From Candidatus Methylomirabilia bacterium (lineage in GTDB: Bacteria; Methylomirabilota; Methylomirabilia; Rokubacteriales; CSP1-6): a DNA stretch of 55,996 nucleotides. Shown here in pieces: positions 1 through 9,525 of the stretch. The notes under the pieces were generated by a model. The model was given only the letters and a program-made list of their open reading frames with translations, did no database searches and was not told the DNA's origin. The stretch lies in assembly GCA_041497895.1 (NCBI GenBank), contig JBGQHJ010000013.1, positions 1 through 55,996 on the forward strand. The letters run 5' to 3'. The translations under genes were made by a program, and so were the position numbers. Positions within the stretch are counted from its first letter, which is position 1; every line of letters begins with the position of its first letter.

Positions 1-50
1 ACTAGTTGCGGGGAGCCAGGGGTCTCCATCGGTATCCACTCGGGGTCATG

Positions 51-113
51 GTCACCGCTCCTATCCCGCTTCCAGAGCCCCGATACGAGCCCTGGAAGGG
101 GATGGAGGGTGAT
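51..113 (-). promoter_or_regulatory. Long imperfect hairpin downstream of the anti-sigma gene, sequestering an AGGAG RBS
   Basis: Minus strand ATCACC-CTCC-ATCCC-CTTCCAG-GGCTC / GGGCT-CTGGAAG-GGGAT-GGAG-GGTGAC arms pair. AGGAG (58-62) lies 8 nt before an ATG at 49. Confidence 0.45.
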
Positions 114-119
114 GGACAG

Positions 120-386
120 CTACGGACTGGCGACGTCGGAGCGCTTCAGGAAGGCGATCAGCTTCTGGCGTAGCTCGGGAGGGAGCTTGGTCTCGGGGGT
201 CTCACGCAGTCGGCGGGCGGCGTCGACGGTGCCCCGGTAGGTGTTGACGAAGGCCACGCAGGGCTGGCAGCCGTCCAGGTGCCACTCCAGCAACTCGGTC
301 TGGTCCCGCGGCAGCGTGCCGTCGATGTAGTCGGCCAGGAGCTCCACGCACTCCGAGCAGCCGATCTCCCGCGAGGACCCGTCCAT
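120..386 (-). CDS. Zinc-binding anti-sigma factor family protein (zf-HC2)
   Basis: C..C.ELL.DY.DG.L pattern and HxxxCxxC (HLDGCQPC); GAGGGAGAG RBS before ATG at 386. Confidence 0.85.
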   Translation of the reverse strand: MDGSSREIGCSECVELLADYIDGTLPRDQTELLEWHLDGCQPCVAFVNTYRGTVDAARRLRETPETKLPPELRQKLIAFLKRSDVASP

Positions 387-518
387 GCGCTCTCCCTCAC
401 CGATGAGGCGGTGACCTTGTGACGCAACCTTAACACACGCCCGCGCGGGGGCAAGTCGGTGTTTAGCGGCCCGGCGCATTGCCTTCCCGCGCGCTCACAG
501 TGTAGGCTCGTCGCACTC

Positions 519-1565
519 ATGGCCGCTCGCGTGGCTATCCTGACGCCGTTCGCCGCTCCGTCGGTCCGGGGTAACGCGATCACGGTCGACCGCATCGCCC
601 GCGGGCTCCGGGAGCGCGGGGTGGAGCTTCGCGTCTGGGATCTGTCCGTGGTGCCCGAGACCGCGGTGGAGCACCAGATCGGGCAGTTCGGACCCGCGGT
701 CGTGCACGCCTTCCACGCTCTCCGCGCCGGTCCGGCCGCGCTCCGCCTGGCCCGCCGCGCGAACGTGCCACTGCTCGTGACGGCCACCGGCACCGACGTC
801 AACCACGATCTCCGGGATCCGGACTCGGCGCCGGTCGTGCGCCGGGTGCTGGAGGGCGCGACCGCGATCAGCGTGTTCGACGAGTCGATGGTGGCCGCGA
901 TCGTCGAGGCCGTGCCCGACGCCGCGGCCCGGATCGTGGTGGTTCCCCAGAGCGTCTTCTTCGAGCCGGCTCCGTCCGGGCACTGGCCCGCCGCCGCCGC
1001 GCTCCAGCGCGCGCCGGGGCCGATCGTGCTCTTCCCGGCCGGGATCCGGAGCGTGAAGCGACCGCTCCTGCCCCTCGAGGCGCTCGACCCTCTGCTCGCC
1101 GAGCACCCGGGGCTCGAGCTCGTCTACGTCGGCCCGATCCTCGATCCGGCGGCCGGCGAGGATCTCCTGCGGACGCTCCCGTCCTACCCGTGGGCGCGCC
1201 ACGTGGGCGCGGTGCCGCACAGCCGGATGCCCGTCCTGCTCGAGCTGTCCGACGTGGTGCTCAACTGCTCGCTCTCCGAGGGTGGCATGGCCAATTCGGT
1301 GCTCGAGGCGCTCTCCCTCGGTCGCGCGGTGCTCGCGTCCGACATCCCGGGCAATCGCTCGCTCGTCGAGGACGGGGTCACCGGGCTGCTGTTCGGCTCG
1401 CGCGAGGAGATGGCCACCAAGGCGGATCGCCTGCTCAAGGATCCCGACTTTCGCGCCCGGCTCGGTCAGGCCGGCCGCGAGCGCGTGAGCGCGCGCTTCG
1501 GCCGGGACCGCGAGACCGACGGTTACCTCGCCGCGTACACGCGACTGACCCCCGCCGTCGGCTGA
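519..1565 (+). CDS. Family 4 glycosyltransferase (GLT1D1/SenB-like subgroup)
   Basis: GNAIT, TGTDVN, RSVK and SEGGMANSVLEA..GRAVLASDIPGN motifs; GT-B pattern; TTGCCT-18-TAGGCT promoter-like site upstream. Confidence 0.85.
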   Translation: MAARVAILTPFAAPSVRGNAITVDRIARGLRERGVELRVWDLSVVPETAVEHQIGQFGPAVVHAFHALRAGPAALRLARRANVPLLVTATGTDVNHDLRDPDSAPVVRRVLEGATAISVFDESMVAAIVEAVPDAAARIVVVPQSVFFEPAPSGHWPAAAALQRAPGPIVLFPAGIRSVKRPLLPLEALDPLLAEHPGLELVYVGPILDPAAGEDLLRTLPSYPWARHVGAVPHSRMPVLLELSDVVLNCSLSEGGMANSVLEALSLGRAVLASDIPGNRSLVEDGVTGLLFGSREEMATKADRLLKDPDFRARLGQAGRERVSARFGRDRETDGYLAAYTRLTPAVG

Positions 1566-1633
1566 GACCGCGCGCGCCGCGGTGCAAGATTTCGGCACGT
1601 CGCGCGCGACGAGCGGCCAGATCGGGCAAGTAG

Positions 1634-1662
1634 TTGACGGGGGTGGGACACCCCCCTATGAT
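1634..1662 (+). promoter_or_regulatory. sigma70-type promoter of the moxR operon with a palindromic spacer
   Basis: TTGACG-17nt-TATGAT; spacer contains GGGGGTG-GGA-CACCCCC. Confidence 0.65.
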
Positions 1663-1694
1663 GAATCAATTCCAAGGCGGGAAAGGAGCCGTTC

Positions 1695-2732
1695 ATGGCG
1701 CAGCCTCCCGTGTCGAGCGAGTCCCAGGAGCAGCGGGTCTCCGAGTTCGTCAACGCGTACCAGTCGCTCCGCGCCGAGGTCGGCAAGATCATCGTCGGCC
1801 ACAACGAGGTCGTCGGCCAGGTCCTGATCGGCCTCTTCGCGGGCGGTCACGTCCTCCTCGAAGGCGTGCCCGGGCTCGGCAAGACGCTCCTCATCAAGAC
1901 GCTCGCCGAGAGCCTCGAGCTGTCGTTCACGCGCATCCAGTTCACCCCCGACCTGATGCCGGGCGACATCATCGGCACCAACATCATCGTGGAGGACGCG
2001 CAGGGGCGGAAGCACTTCCAGTTCCAGCGCGGCCCCATCTTCGGCCACATCCTGCTGGCCGACGAGGTGAACCGGGCGACGCCCAAGACGCAGTCGGCGC
2101 TGCTCGAGGGCATGCAGGAGGGCGCGGTCACGGTTTCCGGCTCCGCGCACCCGCTGCCGTCGCCGTTCTTCGTGCTCGCCACCCAGAACCCCATCGAGAT
2201 GGAGGGCACGTACCCGCTGCCCGAGGCGCAGCTCGACCGCTTCCTGTTCAAGCTGCGGGTGCGCTATCCGGCGCTCGAGGAGCTGACCGAGATCATCGAT
2301 CGCACCACGCACGTCCGCGCGGTCGAGGTGCGCCGCGTCCTGACCGGCCCGCAGGTGCTGTCGATGCGGGAGCTGGTGCGGGAGATCCCGATCGCCTCCC
2401 ACGTGCGGGACCTCGCCTCGTTCATCGTCCTCGCGACCCATCCCCAGTGGGAGCGCGCGCCCGAGTCGGCGCGCCGCTTCATCCGCTACGGGGCGAGCCC
2501 GCGCGGGGCGCAGGCGCTGGTGCTGGGGGCGAAGGTGCGCGCCCTGTCGGAGGGGCGGTTCAACGTCAGCGTGGACGACCTGCGCGCGATGGCGCTGCCC
2601 TCCCTCCGTCACCGGCTCATCCTGAACTTCGAGGGCGAGGCCGCGGGGGTGGACGTCGACGACCTCGTCGGCCAGATCGTCGAGGCCGCCGAGGCCATGA
2701 GCGGGTCGGGCAAAGAGGTCTTCCTGAGGTAG
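1695..2732 (+). CDS. moxR: MoxR family AAA+ ATPase
   Basis: GHVLLEGVPGLGKT Walker A, RIQFTPDLMP, LLADEVNRA Walker B, ATQNPIEMEGTYPLPEAQLDRF, GASPR; AAGGAG RBS. Confidence 0.95.
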   Translation: MAQPPVSSESQEQRVSEFVNAYQSLRAEVGKIIVGHNEVVGQVLIGLFAGGHVLLEGVPGLGKTLLIKTLAESLELSFTRIQFTPDLMPGDIIGTNIIVEDAQGRKHFQFQRGPIFGHILLADEVNRATPKTQSALLEGMQEGAVTVSGSAHPLPSPFFVLATQNPIEMEGTYPLPEAQLDRFLFKLRVRYPALEELTEIIDRTTHVRAVEVRRVLTGPQVLSMRELVREIPIASHVRDLASFIVLATHPQWERAPESARRFIRYGASPRGAQALVLGAKVRALSEGRFNVSVDDLRAMALPSLRHRLILNFEGEAAGVDVDDLVGQIVEAAEAMSGSGKEVFLR

Positions 2733-2748
2733 GGAGAGGAGGCGGTCG

Positions 2749-4233
2749 ATGCCCGGTCCCACGGTGATCGAGCGGCTGGTCGCGGACGTCGCCCGGCAGA
2801 TCCGGCTGCGGCGGGCGGAGTTCTACGGCCTGCGCGGGCTCTTCTGGGGCGCGGCGGCCGCGGTGGTGCCGCTCCTGCTCAAGGAGTCGCTCGGTGGGTG
2901 GAGCTACGCGGCCGCGGCCCTGCTGCTGCTCGCCGGCGCGGGAGCGGGCGCCCTCTGGGGAGTCTTGCTCCGGCTGCCCGCCGCCGAGGCCGCCCGGCTC
3001 GCCGACCGCGGCTACGGGCTGCAGGAGCGCGTCAGCACCGCGCTCGAGTGGGCGGAGCGCCCCGACCGGACCCCGATCGTGGAGGCGCTGGTCGTCGACG
3101 CGACCGCGCGCGTCGAGCAGCTCGGCGGCCGGCGCATCATCCCGCGCCGCATGCCGCGGGAGGCCAAGCTGGTGCCGGTCCCGCTGCTGCTCGGGCTCGT
3201 GCTCGCGGCCGCCCCGCCGATCCCGCTGCCGCAGGCCCGGCTCCCCAACTTCTCGGTCTCCCGCGACGAGGACGAGGAGAAGGCCCCGGGGGACCGCAGC
3301 GGCGACATCCAGCAGGCGGAGCGCAAGCAGGCCACCCGCCGCGATCCGGTGCAGCGCGCGGACGTGCAGGAGCGCAACCTGAGCCCGCGCCTCGGGGGCG
3401 GAGGGCAGAGCCAGCCCGGTGACCTGGCCGCGGTGTTCAAGGACACCTCGCTGGGCGGCCGCGCGCCCGACTTCAACTCGTTCCTCAAGAAGGGCGACGA
3501 GCGGCTCCGCATGCTGGACTCCCTCGATCGGCTGCCGGATCTGCAAAGCGACTTCACCCAGAGCCAGGCGCGCATGGTCTTCCAGAAGGCCAAGGCGCTG
3601 CGGGGTGGGCTCGACCCGAACAAGAAGGTCTCGCCGGAGAAGCTGCGCGAGCTGCTGAGCGAGATGGAGCGGCTCGGGCGCAAGAACGGTGGACAGGGCC
3701 AGGGCAACTGGTCGGGGGACGCGTTCGAGGGCATGGAGGCTCTCGAGGGCGGGCAGACCGACAAGGCGATGGAGGCCATGGAGCGGGCGCTCAACAAGAT
3801 GCGCTCGATGGAGGAGCGCGGCCGCGACGGGAAGTCGCTGAAGGGCGGGCGCGAGAGCGAGCGGCGGGGCGGGCGTCGCGGGGACAGGGGCTCCGGCCAG
3901 CAGGGCGGGCCGGGAGACGAGGGGGACTTCCCGGAGGGCGAGGGCCTGCTGCCCGGCCGCGGCAAGAGCGGCGCGCCGAAGGGCGATGCCACCGCGCGGC
4001 TGCGCGGGAGCCCCTTCGACGTCGGAGTGGAGGGGGAGGCCCGGGCCGGCCGCAAGCAGGGCATCGACACCAACATGGTGGGCCGCGGGGCCCAGATGCC
4101 GTCGCGCATGCAGTACATGGGGGTGCTGGGGCAGTACCGGAAGATGATGGAAGAGTCCATCGCGCGGGAGCAGGTGCCGCGCGACTTCCAGACCCAGGTG
4201 AAGGAGTACTTCCAGTCGCTGGATGAGAAATAG
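2749..4233 (+). CDS. Membrane-anchored coiled-coil/Gly-rich protein of MoxR operons
   Basis: N-terminal TM helices, AARLADR..GLQERVSTALE, acidic/Gly-rich tail, C-terminal EQVPRDFQTQVKEYF; GGAGG RBS. Confidence 0.75.
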   Translation: MPGPTVIERLVADVARQIRLRRAEFYGLRGLFWGAAAAVVPLLLKESLGGWSYAAAALLLLAGAGAGALWGVLLRLPAAEAARLADRGYGLQERVSTALEWAERPDRTPIVEALVVDATARVEQLGGRRIIPRRMPREAKLVPVPLLLGLVLAAAPPIPLPQARLPNFSVSRDEDEEKAPGDRSGDIQQAERKQATRRDPVQRADVQERNLSPRLGGGGQSQPGDLAAVFKDTSLGGRAPDFNSFLKKGDERLRMLDSLDRLPDLQSDFTQSQARMVFQKAKALRGGLDPNKKVSPEKLRELLSEMERLGRKNGGQGQGNWSGDAFEGMEALEGGQTDKAMEAMERALNKMRSMEERGRDGKSLKGGRESERRGGRRGDRGSGQQGGPGDEGDFPEGEGLLPGRGKSGAPKGDATARLRGSPFDVGVEGEARAGRKQGIDTNMVGRGAQMPSRMQYMGVLGQYRKMMEESIAREQVPRDFQTQVKEYFQSLDEK

Positions 4234-4237
4234 CGGC

Positions 4238-5131
4238 GTGACCACCGTGCGCTCCGGACAGGACATGCTGTCCGCCGACTTCCTCACCCAGCTGGAGCGC
4301 CTGAGCCTCCTGTCGCGCCGCTCGTTCCGCGGGCGGGTCAAGGGAGAGCGCCGCAGCCCGCGCAAGGGCATCAGCGTCGAGTTCTCCGACTTCCGGCCCT
4401 ACGGGATCGGCGACGACCTGCGCTACGTCGACTGGAACGTCTATGCGCGCCTCGACCGGCTCTACCTCAAGCTGTTCGTCGACGAGGAGGATCTCTGCCT
4501 GCACCTCCTGGTCGACGCCTCCGCCTCCATGGGTTTCGGGGCGCCGTCGAAGCTCGATCACGCGGCTCGGCTGGCCGGCGCCCTCGGCTTCGTGGGGCTC
4601 GTGGGCCTCGAGCGGGTGGGGGTGGGCGTGCTGCGCGAGCGCATGGCGGAGGGCTTCAGCCCGGCCCGCGGGCGGAGCCAGGTGCTGCCGCTCATGAACT
4701 TCCTGGGCCGGCTCACGCCCGGCGGCTCGACCTCGCTCAACGAGGGACTCGCGGCCTACGCGCTCCGCTCGCGGGAGGCGGGCCTGGCCGTCCTCGTCTC
4801 GGACCTCATGGATCCGGCCGGCTACGAGCGCGGGCTCAAGGCGCTGCTCGAGCGGCGCTTCGACGTCCACGTCATCCACGTGCTCGCCCCCGACGAGATG
4901 AACCCCGGCTTCGGCGGTGACCTGCGCCTGCTCGACGCCGAGACCGACGAGCTGCGCGACCTCACCCTCGACGGCGAGGCCCTGCGCGGCTATCACCAGC
5001 GGCTGCGCGAGTTCCTCGAGCGCGCGGAGCAGTTCTGCCGCGGCAACGAGATCGCCTATCACCGGGTGGTGACCGAGACGCCGGTCGAGGAGTTCATGCT
5101 GCGCCAGCTCAAGGGGCTCCTGCTCGCATGA
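4238..5131 (+). CDS. DUF58 domain-containing protein
   Basis: G.SVEFSDFRPY..GDDLRYVDWNVYAR and LVDASASM MIDAS-like motif; start uncertain (4223/4238/4265). Confidence 0.9.
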   Translation: MTTVRSGQDMLSADFLTQLERLSLLSRRSFRGRVKGERRSPRKGISVEFSDFRPYGIGDDLRYVDWNVYARLDRLYLKLFVDEEDLCLHLLVDASASMGFGAPSKLDHAARLAGALGFVGLVGLERVGVGVLRERMAEGFSPARGRSQVLPLMNFLGRLTPGGSTSLNEGLAAYALRSREAGLAVLVSDLMDPAGYERGLKALLERRFDVHVIHVLAPDEMNPGFGGDLRLLDAETDELRDLTLDGEALRGYHQRLREFLERAEQFCRGNEIAYHRVVTETPVEEFMLRQLKGLLLA

Positions 5132-8100
5132 ACTTCCTGAGCCCGTTCGCGCTCTTGCTCGGCACCCTCGCGGTGCCCCTGCTGCTCCTGTACTTCCTCA
5201 AGGTGCGGCGCCGCCAGCTGCAGGTCTCGAGCCTCCTGCTCTGGCAGGCCGCCCTGCGCGACCGGGAAGCCTCCACCTTCTTCCAGCGGCTGCAGCGGGA
5301 TCCCCTGCTCATCCTGCAAATCCTGGCCCTGCTCGCCCTCACGATCGCGCTGGCGCGCCCGGCGGTCACCGTGATGGGGCAGGGCGCGAAGCGGGTGGCC
5401 ATCGTCATGGACACCTCCGCGTCCATGAAGGCCACCGACGTCTCGCCCTCGCGCTTCGCGCAGGCGCAGCGGGCCGCGCTGGGCCTGCTCGGCCGGCTGG
5501 GCGAGGGCGCCGAGGTGATGGTGATCGAGGCGGGGGTGCAGCCGAAGGTGCTGGTGCCGTTCACCCGCGAGCACGACCGGGTGGCCTCGGCCCTCCGCTC
5601 GATGGAGGGGCACGACCTGCCCAACCGCCTCACCGAGGGGCTCCGCACCGCGCGGGCCCTGGTCGGCTCGGATCCGCGCGCCGAGATCCACGTCTTCACC
5701 GACGGGGCGCACCCGGAGGCGACCCAGGCGCAGGGCAACGACGTGCGGGTGCGCTGGATGGGGGTGGGACGCCGCTCCCACAACGTGGGCATCACGAGCC
5801 TCGCGGTGCGCCGGAACTATTTCGGCGCCTACAACTCACAGGCCTTCTTCTCGGTGGGAAACTTCTCGGCCGAGCCCCAGACCTTCTCCCTCCGTCTCAC
5901 CCTCGACGACGAGACCCTGACCGAGCGCACCCTCACCCTCGACCCGCAGGTGCGGCGTGCCATCGTGGTGCCGTTCAGCGAGCAGCGCGGCGGCGTCCTC
6001 AAGCTGCGCCTCGACGTGTCCGACGATCTCGCGGCCGACAACGTGGCCTACGCGGTGATCCCGGCGCCCCGGACCCTCTCGGTGCTGCTGGTGAGCCCGG
6101 GCAACCTGTTCCTCGAGAAGGTCCTGTCCACCGATCCGCAGGTGAAGCTCGAGGTCCGCAAGCCGGACGCCTACCAGGGCGGGATGGAAGGCTTCGACGT
6201 GGTGGTGGTCGACAGCGTGAGCCCGCCCAAGATCGGCAACGGGCGCTTCGTGCTCGTCAACACCGTGCCCGCGGACGTGCCGCTCGAGGTGCTGGGCCGG
6301 CTCGACAACCCCACCATCATGGACTGGGACCGGACGCATCCCATCATGCGGCAGATCGACTTCGCCAAGGTGACGATCGAGGACGCGATGCGCGTCCGGC
6401 CGCTCGCCGCCGGCAAGACCCTGGTGGAGGCGGTGGGCGGGCCGCTCATCTACGCGCTCGAGGAGCGCGACCGCAAGGCGATCTTCTTCGGCTTCGATCT
6501 CTTCCGGACCGACTTCCCGTTGCGGGTGGCGTTCCCGCTGATCCTCTCCAAGGGGCTCCGCTGGCTGAGCCCGGTCGGCCTCGACCAGTCGAGCCTGCAG
6601 CTGCAGACCGGCCAACCGATCCTGCTCCCGGTCGAGCACGGCGTGACCACCGCCACCGTGCGCACGCCCTCGGGACGCAGCGTGCGGGCCCAGGTCAACC
6701 GCGGCATGGCGAGCTTCACCGAGACCGACGAGGTCGGCGTCTACACCGTCGTGACCGGACGGGGCGAGACCAAGGTCGCGGTCAACCTGATGAGCGCCGA
6801 GGAGTCGGATCTCACCCCGCAGCCGGTGCCCACCTTCGTGGAGGGGGCGCGGCCCGAGTCGCCGCCGGTGCTGATCCAGCGGGAGCTGTGGCCGCTCTTC
6901 GTGATGCTGGCCCTGGTGCTCTTCGCGCTCGAGGGCTTCCTCTACTGGCGGCGCCAGACCGGCGGCCGCCTCGGCCTGCCCCGGGGCCTGGGCGATCGGT
7001 GGGCCCTCGGGCTGCGCTGCGCGTTGCTGGCGGTGCTGCTCCTCTCGCTGACGCGGCCGACGATCCCGCGCTGGGCCGACCGGCTGAACGTGACGTTCCT
7101 GCTCGACATGTCGGACAGCGTGAGCCTGGCCGCGCGGGAGAGCGCGTACCGCTTCGCGGCCCAGTCGGTCGGGGCCATGCAGCCGGGCGACCAGGCGGGC
7201 CTCGTGGTGTTCGGGGAGGAGGCGGTGGTGGACCAGCCGCTGCGGCCGACCGCGAAGATCGAGCGGCCCCAGGCTCACGTTCCCGGGCGCGGCACCAATC
7301 TCGCGCAGGCCCTGCAGCTCGGCCTCGCCACCGCGCCGCCCGGCCAGGCCAACCGCTTCGTGCTCCTGACCGACGGCCGCCAGAACATGGGCAACGCCCT
7401 GGCCGTCGCGCAGGCGGCCAAGGACGCGGGCGCCGACATCTATTACGTGCCGGCGCCCCTGACCTTCCCCCAGGAAGTGGTGGTGGAATCGATGGTGCTG
7501 CCCCAGGAGGTGAAGTTCGGCGAGCCGTTCCAGGCCAAGGTGGTGGCGTGGAGCCAGGCCGAGGCCCAGGGGCGGCTGTCCCTCTACCGCAACGGGGAGT
7601 TTCTCGGCTCACAAGTGGTGCGGCTCTCGCCGGGCAAGAACGTATACACCTACCGCCAGTCGCTCGAGCAGAGCGGCATCCACGTCTACCAGGCCGCGCT
7701 GGACGTGGACGGCGACACCATCGAGGAGAACAACCGCGCGCTCGGCACCCTGGTGGTGCGCGGACGGCCCCAGGTGCTGCTCGCCGAGAAGGACCGCGCC
7801 CAGGCCCAGGCGCTGGCCGCGGCGCTGCGCTCGCAGCACGTGGACGTGACGGTGGTGGAGGCGGACAAGATCCCGAAGGACATGGCGGGGCTGCAGAAGT
7901 ACGACGGGCTCATCCTGTCCAACGTCTCCTCGCTCAAGATGACGAAGAAGCAGATGGAGAACATCCGCGACTACGTCCGCGAGCAGGGGGGCGGGCTCAT
8001 CATGCTGGGCGGCGAGGAGAGCTTTGGCCTCGGCGGCTACTATCGCACCCCCATCGAGGAAGCGCTGCCGGTGACGATGGAGGTCAAGCAGAAGATCGAG

Positions 8101-9525
8101 ATTCCCAGCCTCGCGGTGGTGCTCTCGATCGACCGCTCCGGCTCCATGGCCATGACCACCGACGAGAAGGTGACCAAGCTCGACATCGCCAAGGAGGCGG
8201 CTCACCTGGTGGTCGATCTCCTCGACGAGCGCAACGAGGTCGGGGTGATGAGCTGGGACACCGAGTTCATCTGGGACTCGCCGCTCAAGCCGGCCCGCGA
8301 CAAGCAGTCCATCCACCACGCGATCGCCACCATCAAGGCGGGCGGCGGCACCGACGGCTACCCGGCCCTGAAGGAGTCGTACCAGGTCCTCTTCGACCGG
8401 CCCGCGCTGCTCAAGCACGTCATCTTCCTCTCGGATGGCCAGATGACCCGCGGCGACTTCTCGGGACTCCTGCGCCGGATGGCCAAGGACAAGATCACGG
8501 TGTCCACGGTGGCCATCGGCAAGGACGCCGACGTGCCCCTGATGGTCGACGTGGCCAAGTGGGGCCGAGGGCGCTTCTACTACACCGAGGACGACTCGAC
8601 GATCCCGCGCATCTTCACGCTCGAGACGCAGCTCGCCTCCAAGGCCTCGCTGGTCGAGCAGCCGTTCAAGCCGGTGGTGGCGAGCCCGGCCCACGAGGCC
8701 ATCCAGGAGATCGACTGGAAGGAGGCGCCACCGCTCGGCGGCTACGTGGCCACCAGCATGAAGGCCAACGCGGACCTGGTGCTGATGACCCACCAGGAGG
8801 ACCCGCTGCTCGCCACGTGGCGCTACGGGCTCGGCCGCTCGGTAGCGTTCACCTCCGACGCCAAGGCCAAGTGGGGCGTGCTCTGGGTGCGCTGGGGCGG
8901 CTTCAACAAGTTCTGGTCACAGGTGACGCGGTTGACGTTGCGCACCGGCACCCGCAGCGATACGGTGGCCACGGTCTCCCGGACCGACAACGTCGGCGAG
9001 GTGACGGTGGACGCCATCGATCCCAAAGGAGAGTTCATCAACTTCCTCGACTCCCAGGTCGGGGTCGTCGCGCCGGACAAGACGCGGACCGTGGTCGATC
9101 TCGAGCAGATCGGCCCGGGCCGGTACCGGGGCCGCTTCCCGGCGGGACAGGAAGGGGTGTACCTGGTCGGCATGGCGCAGCGGCGCGCGGACCAGATGGT
9201 GGGCTCACAGCTCGCGGGCCTGGTGGTGCCGTACGGTCAGGAGTTCCGCGACCTGGGGGTGGACGAATCCTTCCTCCGCGAGCTCACCGAGCTCACCGGG
9301 GGCGGGATGCTGGGCGATCCGAAGGACGCGTTCCTGCAGAACCGGCACCGGTCGCGCCTGAGCGTGGACATCTGGCCGTGGCTGGTAGGCATGGTGGCGG
9401 TGCTGTTGATCCCGGAGATCGCGCTGCGCCGGATCGGGCCCGTGGGGCTCGGCCGGCTGTGGGCGCGCGTGCGCGGGGGCCGAGCAAGAGGAGGACCAGG
9501 GCATGAGAGCACTGACCCTAGCTAG
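5128..9525 (+). CDS. Large BatA/vWA membrane protein with three vWA domains and a glutamine-amidotransferase-like domain
   Basis: BatA-like N-terminus (LLYFLK.RR...VSSLLLW); MIDAS motifs DTSAS, DMSDS, DRSGS; GGGLIMLGGEESFGLGGY; W.YGLGRSVAFTSD; internal and C-terminal TM segments. Confidence 0.85.
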   Translation: MNFLSPFALLLGTLAVPLLLLYFLKVRRRQLQVSSLLLWQAALRDREASTFFQRLQRDPLLILQILALLALTIALARPAVTVMGQGAKRVAIVMDTSASMKATDVSPSRFAQAQRAALGLLGRLGEGAEVMVIEAGVQPKVLVPFTREHDRVASALRSMEGHDLPNRLTEGLRTARALVGSDPRAEIHVFTDGAHPEATQAQGNDVRVRWMGVGRRSHNVGITSLAVRRNYFGAYNSQAFFSVGNFSAEPQTFSLRLTLDDETLTERTLTLDPQVRRAIVVPFSEQRGGVLKLRLDVSDDLAADNVAYAVIPAPRTLSVLLVSPGNLFLEKVLSTDPQVKLEVRKPDAYQGGMEGFDVVVVDSVSPPKIGNGRFVLVNTVPADVPLEVLGRLDNPTIMDWDRTHPIMRQIDFAKVTIEDAMRVRPLAAGKTLVEAVGGPLIYALEERDRKAIFFGFDLFRTDFPLRVAFPLILSKGLRWLSPVGLDQSSLQLQTGQPILLPVEHGVTTATVRTPSGRSVRAQVNRGMASFTETDEVGVYTVVTGRGETKVAVNLMSAEESDLTPQPVPTFVEGARPESPPVLIQRELWPLFVMLALVLFALEGFLYWRRQTGGRLGLPRGLGDRWALGLRCALLAVLLLSLTRPTIPRWADRLNVTFLLDMSDSVSLAARESAYRFAAQSVGAMQPGDQAGLVVFGEEAVVDQPLRPTAKIERPQAHVPGRGTNLAQALQLGLATAPPGQANRFVLLTDGRQNMGNALAVAQAAKDAGADIYYVPAPLTFPQEVVVESMVLPQEVKFGEPFQAKVVAWSQAEAQGRLSLYRNGEFLGSQVVRLSPGKNVYTYRQSLEQSGIHVYQAALDVDGDTIEENNRALGTLVVRGRPQVLLAEKDRAQAQALAAALRSQHVDVTVVEADKIPKDMAGLQKYDGLILSNVSSLKMTKKQMENIRDYVREQGGGLIMLGGEESFGLGGYYRTPIEEALPVTMEVKQKIEIPSLAVVLSIDRSGSMAMTTDEKVTKLDIAKEAAHLVVDLLDERNEVGVMSWDTEFIWDSPLKPARDKQSIHHAIATIKAGGGTDGYPALKESYQVLFDRPALLKHVIFLSDGQMTRGDFSGLLRRMAKDKITVSTVAIGKDADVPLMVDVAKWGRGRFYYTEDDSTIPRIFTLETQLASKASLVEQPFKPVVASPAHEAIQEIDWKEAPPLGGYVATSMKANADLVLMTHQEDPLLATWRYGLGRSVAFTSDAKAKWGVLWVRWGGFNKFWSQVTRLTLRTGTRSDTVATVSRTDNVGEVTVDAIDPKGEFINFLDSQVGVVAPDKTRTVVDLEQIGPGRYRGRFPAGQEGVYLVGMAQRRADQMVGSQLAGLVVPYGQEFRDLGVDESFLRELTELTGGGMLGDPKDAFLQNRHRSRLSVDIWPWLVGMVAVLLIPEIALRRIGPVGLGRLWARVRGGRARGGPGHESTDPS

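Noticed and set aside
1..119. Structured region as tRNA, tmRNA, SRP or a known riboswitch
   Set aside because: No cloverleaf/TTC loop or recognisable conserved motif; kept only as an unassigned hairpin.
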